From Paragordius varius (taxonomy: Eukaryota; Animalia; Nematomorpha), in NCBI GenBank assembly GCA_964247055.1, contig OZ176052.1, positions 14,074,001 through 14,138,000 on the forward strand: a DNA stretch of 64,000 nucleotides, written 5' to 3'. The position numbers were made by a program, and so were the translations under genes. Positions 27,201-38,150 of this stretch are shown here, one piece after another (positions within the stretch are counted from its first letter, which is position 1; every line of letters starts with the position of its first letter). Below the pieces are notes generated by a model. That model saw only the letters and a program-made list of their open reading frames with translations. It made no database searches and was not told the DNA's origin.

Positions 27201-28661
27201 TTATAGTCCGATCCCCAAAATATTTGGGGTGATGATGGAATTACCATAGGGCTACCCAAAAAAAATTATGGTGACATCAGCTGATCAAATTTGGATTTTA
27301 GGTAGCCATTTTTATTTTTAATATCGTATAAAATAAATTTTTTAAATATTTAAAAAATTCATAAAAATTACATTTATAGTCCGATCCCCAAAATATTTGA
27401 GGTGATGATGGAACAACCATAGGGCTACGCAAAAAAAATTATGGCGACATCACCTGATCAAATTTGGATTTTAGGTAGCCATTTTTATTTTTAAAATCGT
27501 ATAAAATAAATTTTTTAAATATTTAATAAATTCAAAAAAATTACATTTATACTCCGATCTCGAAAATATTTGGGGTGATGATGGAACTACCATAGGGCTA
27601 CCCAAAAAAAATTATGGCGACATCACCTGATCAAATTTGGATTTTAGGTAGCCATTTTTATTTTTAAAATCGTATAAAATAAATTTTTTAAATATTTAAA
27701 AAATTCATAAAAATTACATTTATACTCCGATCTCGAAAATATTTGGGGTGATGATGGAACTACCATAGGACTACCCAAAAAAAATTATAGTGACATCACC
27801 TGATCAAATTTGGATTTTAGGTAACCATTTTTATTTTTAATATCGTATAAAATAAATTTTTTAAATATTTAAAAAATTCATAAAAATTACATTTATAGTC
27901 CGATCCCCAAAATATTTGGGGTGATGATGGAACTACCATAGGGCTACCCAAAAAAAATTATAGTGACATCACCTGATCAAATTTGGATTTTAGGTAGCCA
28001 TTTTTATTTTTAAAATCGTATAAAATAAATTTTTTAAATATTTAAAAAATTCAAAAAAATTACATTTATACTCCGATCTCGAAAATATTTTGGGTGATGA
28101 TGGAACTACCATAGGGCTACCCAAAAAAAATTATGGCGACATCACCTGATCAAATTTGGATTTTAGGTAGCCATTTTTATTTTTAAAATCGTATAAAATA
28201 AATTTTTTAAATGTTTAAAAAATTCATAAAAATTACATTTATAGTCCGATCCCCAAAATATTTGGGGTGATGATGGAATTACCATAGGGCTACCCAAAAA
28301 AATTATGGTGACATCACCTGATCAAATTTGGATTTTAGGTAGCCATTTTTATTTTTAAAATCGTATAAAATAAATTTTTTAAATATTTAAAAAATTCATA
28401 AAAATTACATTTATACTCCGATCTCGAAAATATTTGGGGTGATGATGGAACTACCATAGGGCTACCCAAAAAAAATTATAGTGACATCACCTGATCAAAT
28501 TTGGATTTTAGGTAACCATTTTTATTTTTAATATCGTATAAAATAAATTTTTTAAATATTTAAAAAATTCATAAAAATTACATTTATAGTCCGATCCCCA
28601 AAATATTTGGGGTGATGATGGAACTACCATAGGGCTACCCAAAAAAAATTATAGTGACATC
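24030..28661 (+). repeat. 13-monomer higher-order repeat no. 2 (2247-2248 bp, ~2 copies)
   Basis: GATAAAA 24171/26419, TAGGACTA 24485/26733 and 25523/27770, CAGCTG 25031/27278, TTTAATAAA 25280/27527, TTTTGGG 25841/28088. Confidence 0.9.
28654..28661 (+). repeat. Left target-site duplication (GTGACATC)
   Basis: The identical 8-mer is at 30034-30041. Removing the element and one copy restores a normal monomer (TTATAGTGACATCACCTGATCA). Confidence 0.95.
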
Positions 28662-28671
28662 TAGGGTTGTG
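28662..28671 (+). repeat. Left terminal inverted repeat TAGGGTTGTG
   Basis: Exact reverse complement of 30024-30033; the match ends at base 11. Confidence 0.93.
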
Positions 28672-28682
28672 CCCATTAGTCA

Positions 28683-28748
28683 ATGACCTAGGGTCATGAC
28701 CTAGGTCATGACCATGGTCATGACCACGAAAAAAAATGACCTAGGTCA
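28683..28748. repeat. Left subterminal palindromic repeat cluster (12-bp ATGACCTAGGTC unit)
   Basis: ATGACCTAGGGTC 28683, ATGACCTAGGTC 28696, ATGACCATGGTC 28708, ATGACCACG 28720, ATGACCTAGGTCA 28736. The same unit occurs at the right end (29979-29990). Confidence 0.85.
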
Positions 28749-28887
28749 ATTTTTTATTTTTTTTAATTTTTTATTTTTTTAATTTTACAATTTATAAAAA
28801 AACAAAACCTTATATTATTTATATATGTATTATTTTTTTTAAATATCATATGATACACATCTTTTCTTTAATTCCTAAATTTAATGA

Positions 28888-28993
28888 AGCCTTGAATTTT
28901 TCGATCAAAAAAATCAAGTTACATGCAAGAAATGTAATTTCACTATATATATTAAATAAAAACCGAATGAAGAAACATTTAAATGAAGTTCAT
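28888..28993 (+). pseudogene. Degenerate BED-type zinc finger of the hAT transposase
   Basis: SLEFFDQKNQVTCKKCNFTIYIK (C at 28924 and 28933), then a +1 frameshift to NRMKKHLNEVH (H at 28976 and 28991). This gives the C-x2-C...HL-x3-H pattern of BED fingers. Confidence 0.7.
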
Positions 28994-29066
28994 GAAATAA
29001 ATTTTATGATAGAAGGTGATGGTTGAAAAGCAAGCTAATTATTTAATTTCTTAAGTTTAGTCTTAA

Positions 29067-29730
29067 AAATTTCTGTTTTCAACAGAAATTAGCCAGAAAC
29101 ATTTGGCAAAATTTATTTATATATCCTCAACTCTAAACATAGTTGAAAATAAACATTTTCGAAGTTTCATTCATAGTTTAAACCTAATTATGCTATTCCA
29201 AATAGAAAACAGATTTCCAATAAATTATTAGATTCATGTTATGAAGATATAAAAATAGTTATTGGAATATGTAAAAATAATATTTTATTGATCGTCGATC
29301 CCTTTACCAATATTCGTAGGAAGCAAATAATTAATATTATTGGCCAAGGATCCCAAAAATCATTTTTATTAACTATTGACGCATCTTATCATAGTAAGAC
29401 TGCCGAATATATCTATAACATAATGGAACCAATTATAAAAGATATTGGTTATTTAAATAATTAATGCCATTGTGACCGATAATGCAGCGAACATGAAGGC
29501 TGCTGAAAATTTAATTAATAAAGAATATCCTAATATAATATGACATGTATGCCAATGTCATATAATATATAATTTGATCTAAGAATATATTAATCTTAAT
29601 AAGATTACTGAATATTTAAATGTAGTGAACACGATGATATATTCTAATAAATCGTATAAAAAATTTCAAGAAAAAAAGCCATCCTAAGTTAACGTTAAGT
29701 TCATGGACAGTGACTCGTTGTTACACAATC
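29067..29730 (+). pseudogene. hAT transposase pseudogene fragment (RNase H-like/DUF659-type catalytic region)
   Basis: Hand translation: KFLFSTEISQKHLAKFIYISSTLNIVENKHFRSFIHSL / frameshift ~29181 / PNYAIPNRKQISNKLLDSCYEDIKIVIGICKNNILLIVDPFTNIRRKQIINIIGQGSQKSFLLTIDASYHSKTAEYIYNIMEPIIKDIGYLN / frameshift ~29460 / NAIVTDNAANMKAAENLINKEYPNII*HVCQCHIIYNLI*EYINLNK...KKFQEKK / possible further shift / SHPKLTLSSWTVTRCYTI. Recognisable features: first catalytic Asp (29297, at the DGW-equivalent), VTDNAANM (Asp 29478), CxxH (29550-29561) and a weak TRW-like motif (29713-29721). Confidence 0.88.
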
Positions 29731-29978
29731 TAAATAATTAGAGCATAAATAGGCTTAAATAAATGCATATTTTTTCATTAGTCTTAGCTTTCTGTGATTT
29801 GAAACTTTCTATAAGTCTTTATGTATGATTCCAGGAAGTTAATTGTAGAAATTTAAATTATCAGGATTGGTGAAAGTATAATTTTAAAAAAATATACACT
29901 TTATGTAAAAACCTTTTTTATGTGATTTAATCAAATATTTATGTATGTAGTTATGTATTATTGGCAATAACATATGGT

Positions 29979-29990
29979 ATGACCTAGGTC
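29979..29990. repeat. Right subterminal repeat ATGACCTAGGTC
   Basis: Identical to the left-end unit at 28696-28707. Confidence 0.8.
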
Positions 29991-30019
29991 TGACCCCCTT
30001 TTTCGAAAAAAGGGGGTCA
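29991..30019. other. Subterminal hairpin, 13-bp stem with 3-nt loop
   Basis: TGACCCCCTTTTT-CGA-AAAAAGGGGGTCA, ending 4 bp before the right TIR. Confidence 0.8.
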
Positions 30020-30023
30020 AAAT

Positions 30024-30033
30024 CACAACCCTA
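30024..30033 (-). repeat. Right terminal inverted repeat (CACAACCCTA)
   Basis: Exact reverse complement of 28662-28671. Confidence 0.93.
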
Positions 30034-30041
30034 GTGACATC
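30034..30041 (+). repeat. Right target-site duplication (GTGACATC)
   Basis: Identical to 28654-28661; the satellite resumes in phase. Confidence 0.95.
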
Positions 30042-33000
30042 ACCTGATCAAATTTGGATTTTAGGTAGCCATTTTTATTTTTAAAATCGTATAAAATAAA
30101 TTTTTTAAATATTTAAAAAATTCATAAAAATTACATTTATACTCCGATCTCGAAAATATTTGGGGTGATGATGGAACTACCATAGGGCTACCCAAAAAAA
30201 ATTATAGTGACATCACCTGATCAAATTTGGATTTTAGGTAGCCATTTTTATTTTTAAAATCGTATAAAATAAATTTTTTAAATATTTAAAAAATTCATAA
30301 AAATTACATTTATAGTCCGATCCCCAAAATATTTGGGGTGATGATGGAACTACCATAGGGCTACCCAAAAAAAATTATGGTGACATCACCTCATCAAATT
30401 TGGATTTTAGGTAGTCATTTTTATTTTTAAAATCGTATAAAATAAATTTTTTAAATATTTAAAAAATTCATAAAAATTACATTTATAGTCCGATCCCCAA
30501 AATATTTGGGGTGATGATGGAACTACCATAGGGCTACCCAAAAAAAATTATAGTGACATCACCTGATCAAATTTGGATTTTAGGTAGCCATTTTTATTTT
30601 TAAAATCGTATAAAATAAATTTTTTAAATATTTAAAAAATTCATAAAAATTACATTTATAGTCCGATCCCCAAAATATTTGGGGTGATGATGGAACTACC
30701 ATAGGGCTACCCAAAAAAAATTATGGTGACATCACCTCATCAAATTTGGATTTTAGGTAGTCATTTTTATTTTTAAAATCGTATAAAATAAATTTTTTAA
30801 ATATTTAAAAAATTCAAAAAAATTACATTTATACTCCGATCTCGACAATATTTGGGGTGATGATGGAACTACCATAGGGCTACCCAAAAAAAATTATGGT
30901 GACATCACCTGATCAAATTTGGATTTTAGGTAGCCATTTTTATTTTTAAAATCGTATAAAATAAATTTTTTAAATATTTAAAAAATTCATAAAAATTACA
31001 TTTATACTCCGATCTCGAAAATATTTGGGGTGATGATGGAACTACCATAGGGCTACCCAAAAAAAATTATAGTGACATCACCTGATCAAATTTGGATTTT
31101 AGGTAGCCATTTTTATTTTTAAAATCGTATAAAATAAATTTTTTAAATATTTAAAAAATTCATAAAAATTACATTTATAGTCCGATCCCCAAAATATTTG
31201 AGGTGATGATGGAACAACCATAGGGCTACGCAAAAAAAATTATGGCGACATCACCTGATCAAATTTGTAGGCAGCCATTTTTATTTTTAAAATCGTATAA
31301 AATAAATTTTTTAAATATTTAAAAAATTCAAAAAAATTACATTTATACTCCGATCTCGAAAATATTTGGGGTGATGATGGAACTACCATAGGGCTACCCA
31401 AAAAAAATTATGGCGACATCACCTGATCAAATTTGGATTTTAGGTAGCCATTTTTATTTTTAAAATCGTATAAAATAAATTTTTTAAATATTTAAAAAAT
31501 TCATAAAAATTACATTTATACTCCGATCTCGAAAATATTTGGGGTGATGATGGAACTACCATAGGACTACCCAAAAAAAATTATAGTGACATCACCTGAT
31601 CAAATTTGGATTTTAGGTAGCCATTTTTATTTTTAAAATCGTATAAAATAAATTTTTTAAATATTTAAAAAATTCATAAAAATTACATTTATAGTCCGAT
31701 CCCCAAAATATTTGGGGTGATGATGGAACTACCATAGGGCTACCCAAAAAAAATTATGTTGACATCACCTGATCAAATTTGGATTTTAGGTAGCCATTTT
31801 TATTTTTAAAATCGTATAAAATAAATTTTTTAAATATTTAAAAAATTCAAAAAAATTACATTTATACTCCGATCTCGAAAATATTTGGGGTGATGATGGA
31901 ACTACCATAGGGCTACCCAAAAAAAATTATGGCGACATCACCTGATCAAATTTGGATTTTAGGTAGCCATTTTTATTTTTAAAATCGTATAAAATAAATT
32001 TTTTAAATATTTAAAAAATTCATAAAAATTACATTTATACTCCGATCTCGACAATATTTGGGGTGATGATGGAACTACGATAGGTCTACCCAAAAAAAAT
32101 TATAGTGACATCACCTGATCAAATTTGGATTTTAGGTAGCCATTTTTATTTTAAAAATCGTATAAAATAAATTTTTTAAATATTTAAAAAAAATCATAAA
32201 AATTACATTTATAGTCCGATCCCCAAAATATTTGGGGTGATGATGGAACAACCATAGGGCTACGCAAAAAAAATTATGGCGACATCACCTGATCAAATTT
32301 GGATTTTAGGTAGCCATTTTTATTTTTAAAATCGTATAAAATAAATTCTTAAAATATTTAAAAAATTCAAAAAAATTACATTTATACTCCGATCTCGAAA
32401 ATATTTGGGGTGATGATGGAACTACCATAGGGCTACCCAAAAAAAATTATAGTGACATCACCTGATCAAATTTGGATTTTAGGTAACCATTTTTATTTTT
32501 AAAATCGTATAAAATAAATTTTTTAAATATTTAAAAAATTCATAATAATTACATTTATAGTCCGATCCCCAAAATATTTGAGGTGATGATGGAACAACCA
32601 TAGGGCTACGCAAAAAAAATTATGGCGACATCACCTGATCAAATTTGGATTTTAGGTAGCCATTTTTATTTTTAAAATCGTATAAAATAAATTTTTTAAA
32701 TATTTAAAAAATTCATAAAAATTACATTTAGAGTCCGATCCCCAAAATATTTGGGGTGATGATGGAATTACCATAGGGCTACCCAAAAAAAATTATGGTG
32801 ACATCACCTGATCAAACTTGGATTTTAGGTAGCCATTTTTATTTTTAATATCGTATAAAATAAATTTTTTAAATATTTAAAAAATTCATAAAAATTACAT
32901 TTATAGTCCGATCCCCAAAATATTTGAGGTGATGATGGAACAACCATAGGGCTACGCAAAAAAAATTATGGCGACATCACCTGATCAAATTTGGATTTTA

Positions 33001-36000
33001 GGTAGCCATTTTTATTTTTAAAATCGTATAAAATAAATTTTTTAAATATTTAAAAAATTCAAAAAAATTACATTTATACTCCGATCTCGAAAATATTTGG
33101 GGTGATGATGGAACTACCATAGGGCTACCCAAAAAAAATTATGGCGACATCACCTGATCAAATTTGGATTTTAGGTAGCCATTTTTATTTTTAAAATCGT
33201 ATAAAATAATTTTTTTAAATATTTAAAAAATTCATAAAAATTACATTTATACTCCGACCTCGAAAATATTTGGGGTGATGATGGAACTACCATAGGGCTA
33301 CGCAAAAAAAATTATAGTGACATCACCTGATCAAATTTGGATTTTAGATAGCCATTTTTATTTTTAAAATCGTATAAAATAAATTTTTTAAATATTTAAA
33401 AAATTCATAAAAATTACATTTATAGTCCGATCCCCAAAATATTTGGGGTGATGATGGAATTACCATAGGGCTACCCAAAAAAAATTATGGTGACATCACC
33501 TGATCAAATTTGGATTTTAGGTAGCCATTTTTATTTTTAATATCGTATAAAATAAATTTTTTAAATATTTAAAAAATTCATAAAAATTACATTTATAGTC
33601 CGATCCCCAAAATATTTGAGGTGATGATGGAACAACCATAGGGCTACGCAAAAAAAATTATGGCGACATCACCTGATCAAATTTGGATTTTAGGTAGCCA
33701 TTTTTATTTTTAAAATCGTATAAAATAAATTTTTTAAATATTTAAAAAATTCAAAAAAATTACATTTATACTCCGATCTCGAAAATATTTGGGGTGATGA
33801 TGGAACTACCATAGGGCTACCGAAAAAAAATTATGGCGACATCACCTGATCAAATTTGGATTTTAGGTAGCCATTTTTATTTTTAAAATCGTATAAAATA
33901 AATTTTTTAAATATTTAAAAAATTCATAAAAATTACATTTATACTCCGATCTCGAAAATATTTGGGGTGATGATGGAACTACCATAGGGCTACCCAAAAA
34001 AAATTATAGTGACATCACCTGATCAAATTTGGATTTTAGGTAGCCATTTTTATTTTTAAAATCGTATAAAATAAATTTTTTAAATATTTAAAAAATTCAT
34101 AAAAATTACATTTATAGTCCGATCCCCAAAATATTTGGGGTGATGATGGAACTACCATAGGGCTACCCAAAAAAAATTATGGTGACATCACCTCATCAAA
34201 TTTGGATTTTAGGTAGTCATTTTTATTTTTAAAATCGTATAAAATAAATTTTTTAAATATTTAAAAAATTCATAAAAATTACATTTATAGTCCGATCCCC
34301 AAAATATTTGGGGTGATGATGGAACTACCATAGGGCTACCCAAAAAAAATTATAGTGACATCACCTGATCAAATTTGGATTTTAGGTAGCCATTTTTATT
34401 TTTAAAATCGTATAAAATAAATTTTTTAAATATTTAAAAAATTCATAAAAATTACATTTATAGTCCGATCCCCAAAATATTTGGGGTGATGATGGAACTA
34501 CCATAGGGCTACCCAAAAAAAATTATGGTGACATCACCTCATCAAATTTGGATTTTAGGTAGTCATTTTTATTTTTAAAATCGTATAAAATAAATTTTTT
34601 AAATATTTAAAAAATTCAAAAAAATTACATTTATACTCCGATCTCGACAATATTTGGGGTGATGATGGAACTACCATAGGGCTACCCAAAAAAAATTATG
34701 GTGACATCACCTGATCAAATTTGGATTTTAGGTAGCCATTTTTATTTTTAAAATCGTATAAAATAAATTTTTTAAATATTTAAAAAATTCATAAAAATTA
34801 CATTTATACTCCGATCTCGAAAATATTTGGGGTGATGATGGAACTACCATAGGGCTACCCAAAAAAAATTATAGTGACATCACCTGATCAAATTTGGATT
34901 TTAGGTAGCCATTTTTATTTTTAAAATCGTATAAAATAAATTTTTTAAATATTTAAAAAATTCATAAAAATTACATTTATAGTCCGATCCCCAAAATATT
35001 TGAGGTGATGATGGAACAACCATAGGGCTACGCAAAAAAAATTATGGCGACATCACCTGATCAAATTTGTAGGCAGCCATTTTTATTTTTAAAATCGTAT
35101 AAAATAAATTTTTTAAATATTTAAAAAATTCAAAAAAATTACATTTATACTCCGATCTCGAAAATATTTGGGGTGATGATAGAACTACCATAGGGCTACC
35201 CAAAAAAAATTATGGCGACATCACCTGATCAAATTTGGATTTTAGGTAGCCATTTTTATTTTTAAAATCGTATAAAATAAATTTTTTAAATATTTAAAAA
35301 ATTCATAAAAATTACATTTATACTCCGATCTCGAAAATATTTGGGGTGATGATGGAACTACCATAGGACTACCCAAAAAAAATTATAGTGACATCACCTG
35401 ATCAAATTTGGATTTTAGGTAGCCATTTTTATTTTTAAAATCGTATAAAATAAATTTTTTAAATATTTAAAAAATTCATAAAAATTACATTTATAGTCCG
35501 ATCCCCAAAATATTTGGGGTGATGATGGAACTACCATAGGGCTACCCAAAAAAAATTATGTTGACATCACCTGATCAAATTTGGATTTTAGGTAGCCATT
35601 TTTATTTTTAAAATCGTATAAAATAAATTTTTTAAATATTTAAAAAATTCAAAAAAATTACATTTATACTCCGATCTCGAAAATATTTGGGGTGATGATG
35701 GAACTACCATAGGGCTACCCAAAAAAAATTATGGCGACATCACCTGATCAAATTTGGATTTTAGGTAGCCATTTTTATTTTTAAAATCGTATAAAATAAA
35801 TTTTTTAAATATTTAAAAAATTCATAAAAATTACATTTATACTCCGATCTCGACAATATTTGGGGTGATGATGGAACTACGATAGGTCTACCCAAAAAAA
35901 ATTATAGTGACATCACCTGATCAAATTTGGATTTTAGGTAGCCATTTTTATTTTTAAAATCGTATAAAATAAATTTTTTAAATATTTAAAAAAAATCATA

Positions 36001-38150
36001 AAAATTACATTTATAGTCCGATCCCCAAAATATTTGGGGTGATGATGGAACAACCATAGGGCTACGCAAAAAAAATTATGGCGACATCACCTGATCAAAT
36101 TTGGATTTTAGGTAGCCATTTTTATTTTTAAAATCGTATAAAATAAATTTTTAAAATATTTAAAAAATTCAAAAAAATTACATTTATACTCCGATCTCGA
36201 AAATATTTGGGGTGATGATGGAACTACCATAGGGCTACCCAAAAAAAATTATAGTGACATCACCTGATCAAATTTGGATTTTAGGTAACCATTTTTATTT
36301 TTAAAATCGTATAAAATAAATTTTTTAAATATTTAAAAAATTCATAATAATTACATTTATAGTCCGATCCCCAAAATATTTGAGGTGATGATGGAACAAC
36401 CATAGGGCTACGCAAAAAAAATTATGGCGACATCACCTGATCAAATTTGGATTTTAGGTAGCCATTTTTATTTTTAAAATCGTATAAAATAAATTTTTTA
36501 AATATTTAAAAAATTCATAAAAATTACATTTAGAGTCCGATCCCCAAAATATTTGGGGTGATGATGGAATTACCATAGGGCTACCCAAAAAAAATTATGG
36601 TGACATCACCTGATCAAACTTGGATTTTAGGTAGCCATTTTTATTTTTAATATCGTATAAAATAAATTTTTTAAATATTTAAAAAATTCATAAAAATTAC
36701 ATTTATAGTCCGATCCCCAAAATATTTGAGGTGATGATGGAACAACCATAGGGCTACGCAAAAAAAATTATGGCGACATCACCTGATCAAATTTGGATTT
36801 TAGGTAGCCATTTTTATTTTAAAATCGTATAAAATAAATTTTTTAAATATTTAAAAAATTCAAAAAAATTACATTTATACTCCGATCTCGAAAATATTTG
36901 GGGTGATGATGGAACTACCATAGGGCTACCCAAAAAAAATTATGGCGACATCACCTGATCAAATTTGGATTTTAGGTAGCCATTTTTATTTTTAAAATCG
37001 TATAAAATAAATTTTTTAAATATTTAAAAAATTCATAAAAATTACATTTATACTCCGATCTCGAAAATATTTGGGGTGATGATGGAACTACCATAGGGCT
37101 ACCCAAAAAAAATTATAGTGACATCACCTGATCAAATTTGGATTTTAGGTAACCATTTTTATTTTTAAAATCGTATAAAATAAATTTTTTAAATATTTAA
37201 AAAATTCATAAAAATTACATTTATAGTCCGATCCCCAAAATATTTGAGGTGATGATGGAACAACCATAGGGCTACGCAAAAAAAATTATGGCGACATCAC
37301 CTGATCAAATTTGGATTTTAGGTAGCCATTTTTATTTTTAAAATCGTATAAAATAATTTTTTTAAATATTTAAAAAATTCATAAAAATTACATTTATACT
37401 CCGACCTCGAAAATATTTGGGGTGATGATGGAACTACCATAGGGCTACGCAAAAAAAATTATAGTGACATCACCTGATCAAATTTGGATTTTAGATAGCC
37501 ATTTTTATTTTTAAAATCGTATAAAATAAATTTTTTAAATATTTAAAAAATTCATAAAAATTACATTTATAGTCCGATCCCCAAAATATTTGGGGTGATG
37601 ATGGAATTACCATAGGGCTACCCAAATAAAATTATGGTGACATCACCTGATCAAATTTGGATTTTAGGTAGCCATTTTTATTTTTAATATCGTATAAAAT
37701 AAATTTTTTAAATATTTAAAAAATTCATAAAAATTACATTTATAGTCCGATCCCCAAAATATTTGAGGTGATGATGGAACAACCATAGGGCTACGCAAAA
37801 AAAATTATGGCGACATCACCTGATCAAATTTGGATTTTAGGTAGCCATTTTTATTTTTAAAATCGTATAAAATAAATTTTTTAAATATTTAAAAAATTCA
37901 AAAAAATTACATTTATACTCCGATCTCGAAAATATTTGGGGTGATGATGGAACTACCATAGGGCTACCGAAAAAAAATTATGGCGACATCACCTGATCAA
38001 ATTTGGATTTTAGGTAGCCATTTTTATTTTTAAAATCGTATAAAATAAATTTTTTAAATATTTAAAAAATTCATAAAAATTACATTTATACTCCGATCTC
38101 GAAAATATTTGGGGTGATGATGGAACTACCATAGGGCTACCCAAAAAAAA
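30042..38150 (+). repeat. 22-monomer higher-order duplication (3802 bp; second copy carries 2 extra monomers)
   Basis: Offset 3802 at CCTCATCA 30391/34193, TTTGTAGGCAGCC 31261/35063, GATAGGTCTA 32079/35881, GAGTCCG 32731/36533 and ATCAAACTT 32811/36613. Offset 4147 at CCGACCTC 33251/37398 and CTACCGA 33821/37968. Confidence 0.9.

Larger units (their letters stand above)
1..28661 (+). repeat. 173-bp satellite DNA tandem array, left arm (~166 monomers, head-to-tail)
   Basis: TCAAATTTGG recurs at 1, 174, 347 and 520 (period 173). Consensus: TCAAATTTGGATTTTAGGTAGCCATTTTTATTTTTAAAATCGTATAAAATAAATTTTTTAAATATTTAAAAAATTCATAAAAATTACATTTATA(C/G)TCCGATC(TCG/CCC)AAAATATTTGGGGTGATGATGGAACTACCATAGGGCTACCCAAAAAAAATTAT(G/A)G(T/C)GACATCACCTGA. 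Monomer 1 has 48/173 G+C. No inverted monomers seen. Confidence 0.99.
28662..30033 (+). mobile_element. Non-autonomous, internally deleted hAT-superfamily DNA transposon (1372 bp)
   Basis: Perfect 10-bp TIRs TAGGGTTGTG/CACAACCCTA, an 8-bp TSD (established hAT hallmark), Ac-like TAGGG termini, subterminal repeats and an internal transposase relic. Confidence 0.93.

Noticed and set aside
28652-28661. 10-bp TSD TAGTGACATC
   Set aside because: The extra TA on the right belongs to the TIR (CCCTA). Only the 8-bp reading gives matching TIRs.
28750-28860. Promoter or intron signals in the T/A-rich 5' region of the element
   Set aside because: Low-complexity AT sequence gives many chance TATA-like and polypyrimidine matches; none is supportable.
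29541-29582. Alternative genetic code (TGA at an expected Trp before CxxH; in-frame TAA)
   Set aside because: The same relic has several frameshifts, so ordinary decay (TGG>TGA, AAA>TAA) is sufficient. Two codons cannot support a code reassignment.
29991-30019. Rho-independent terminator
   Set aside because: No U-tract follows the stem, the context is eukaryotic transposon DNA, and no intact upstream gene exists.
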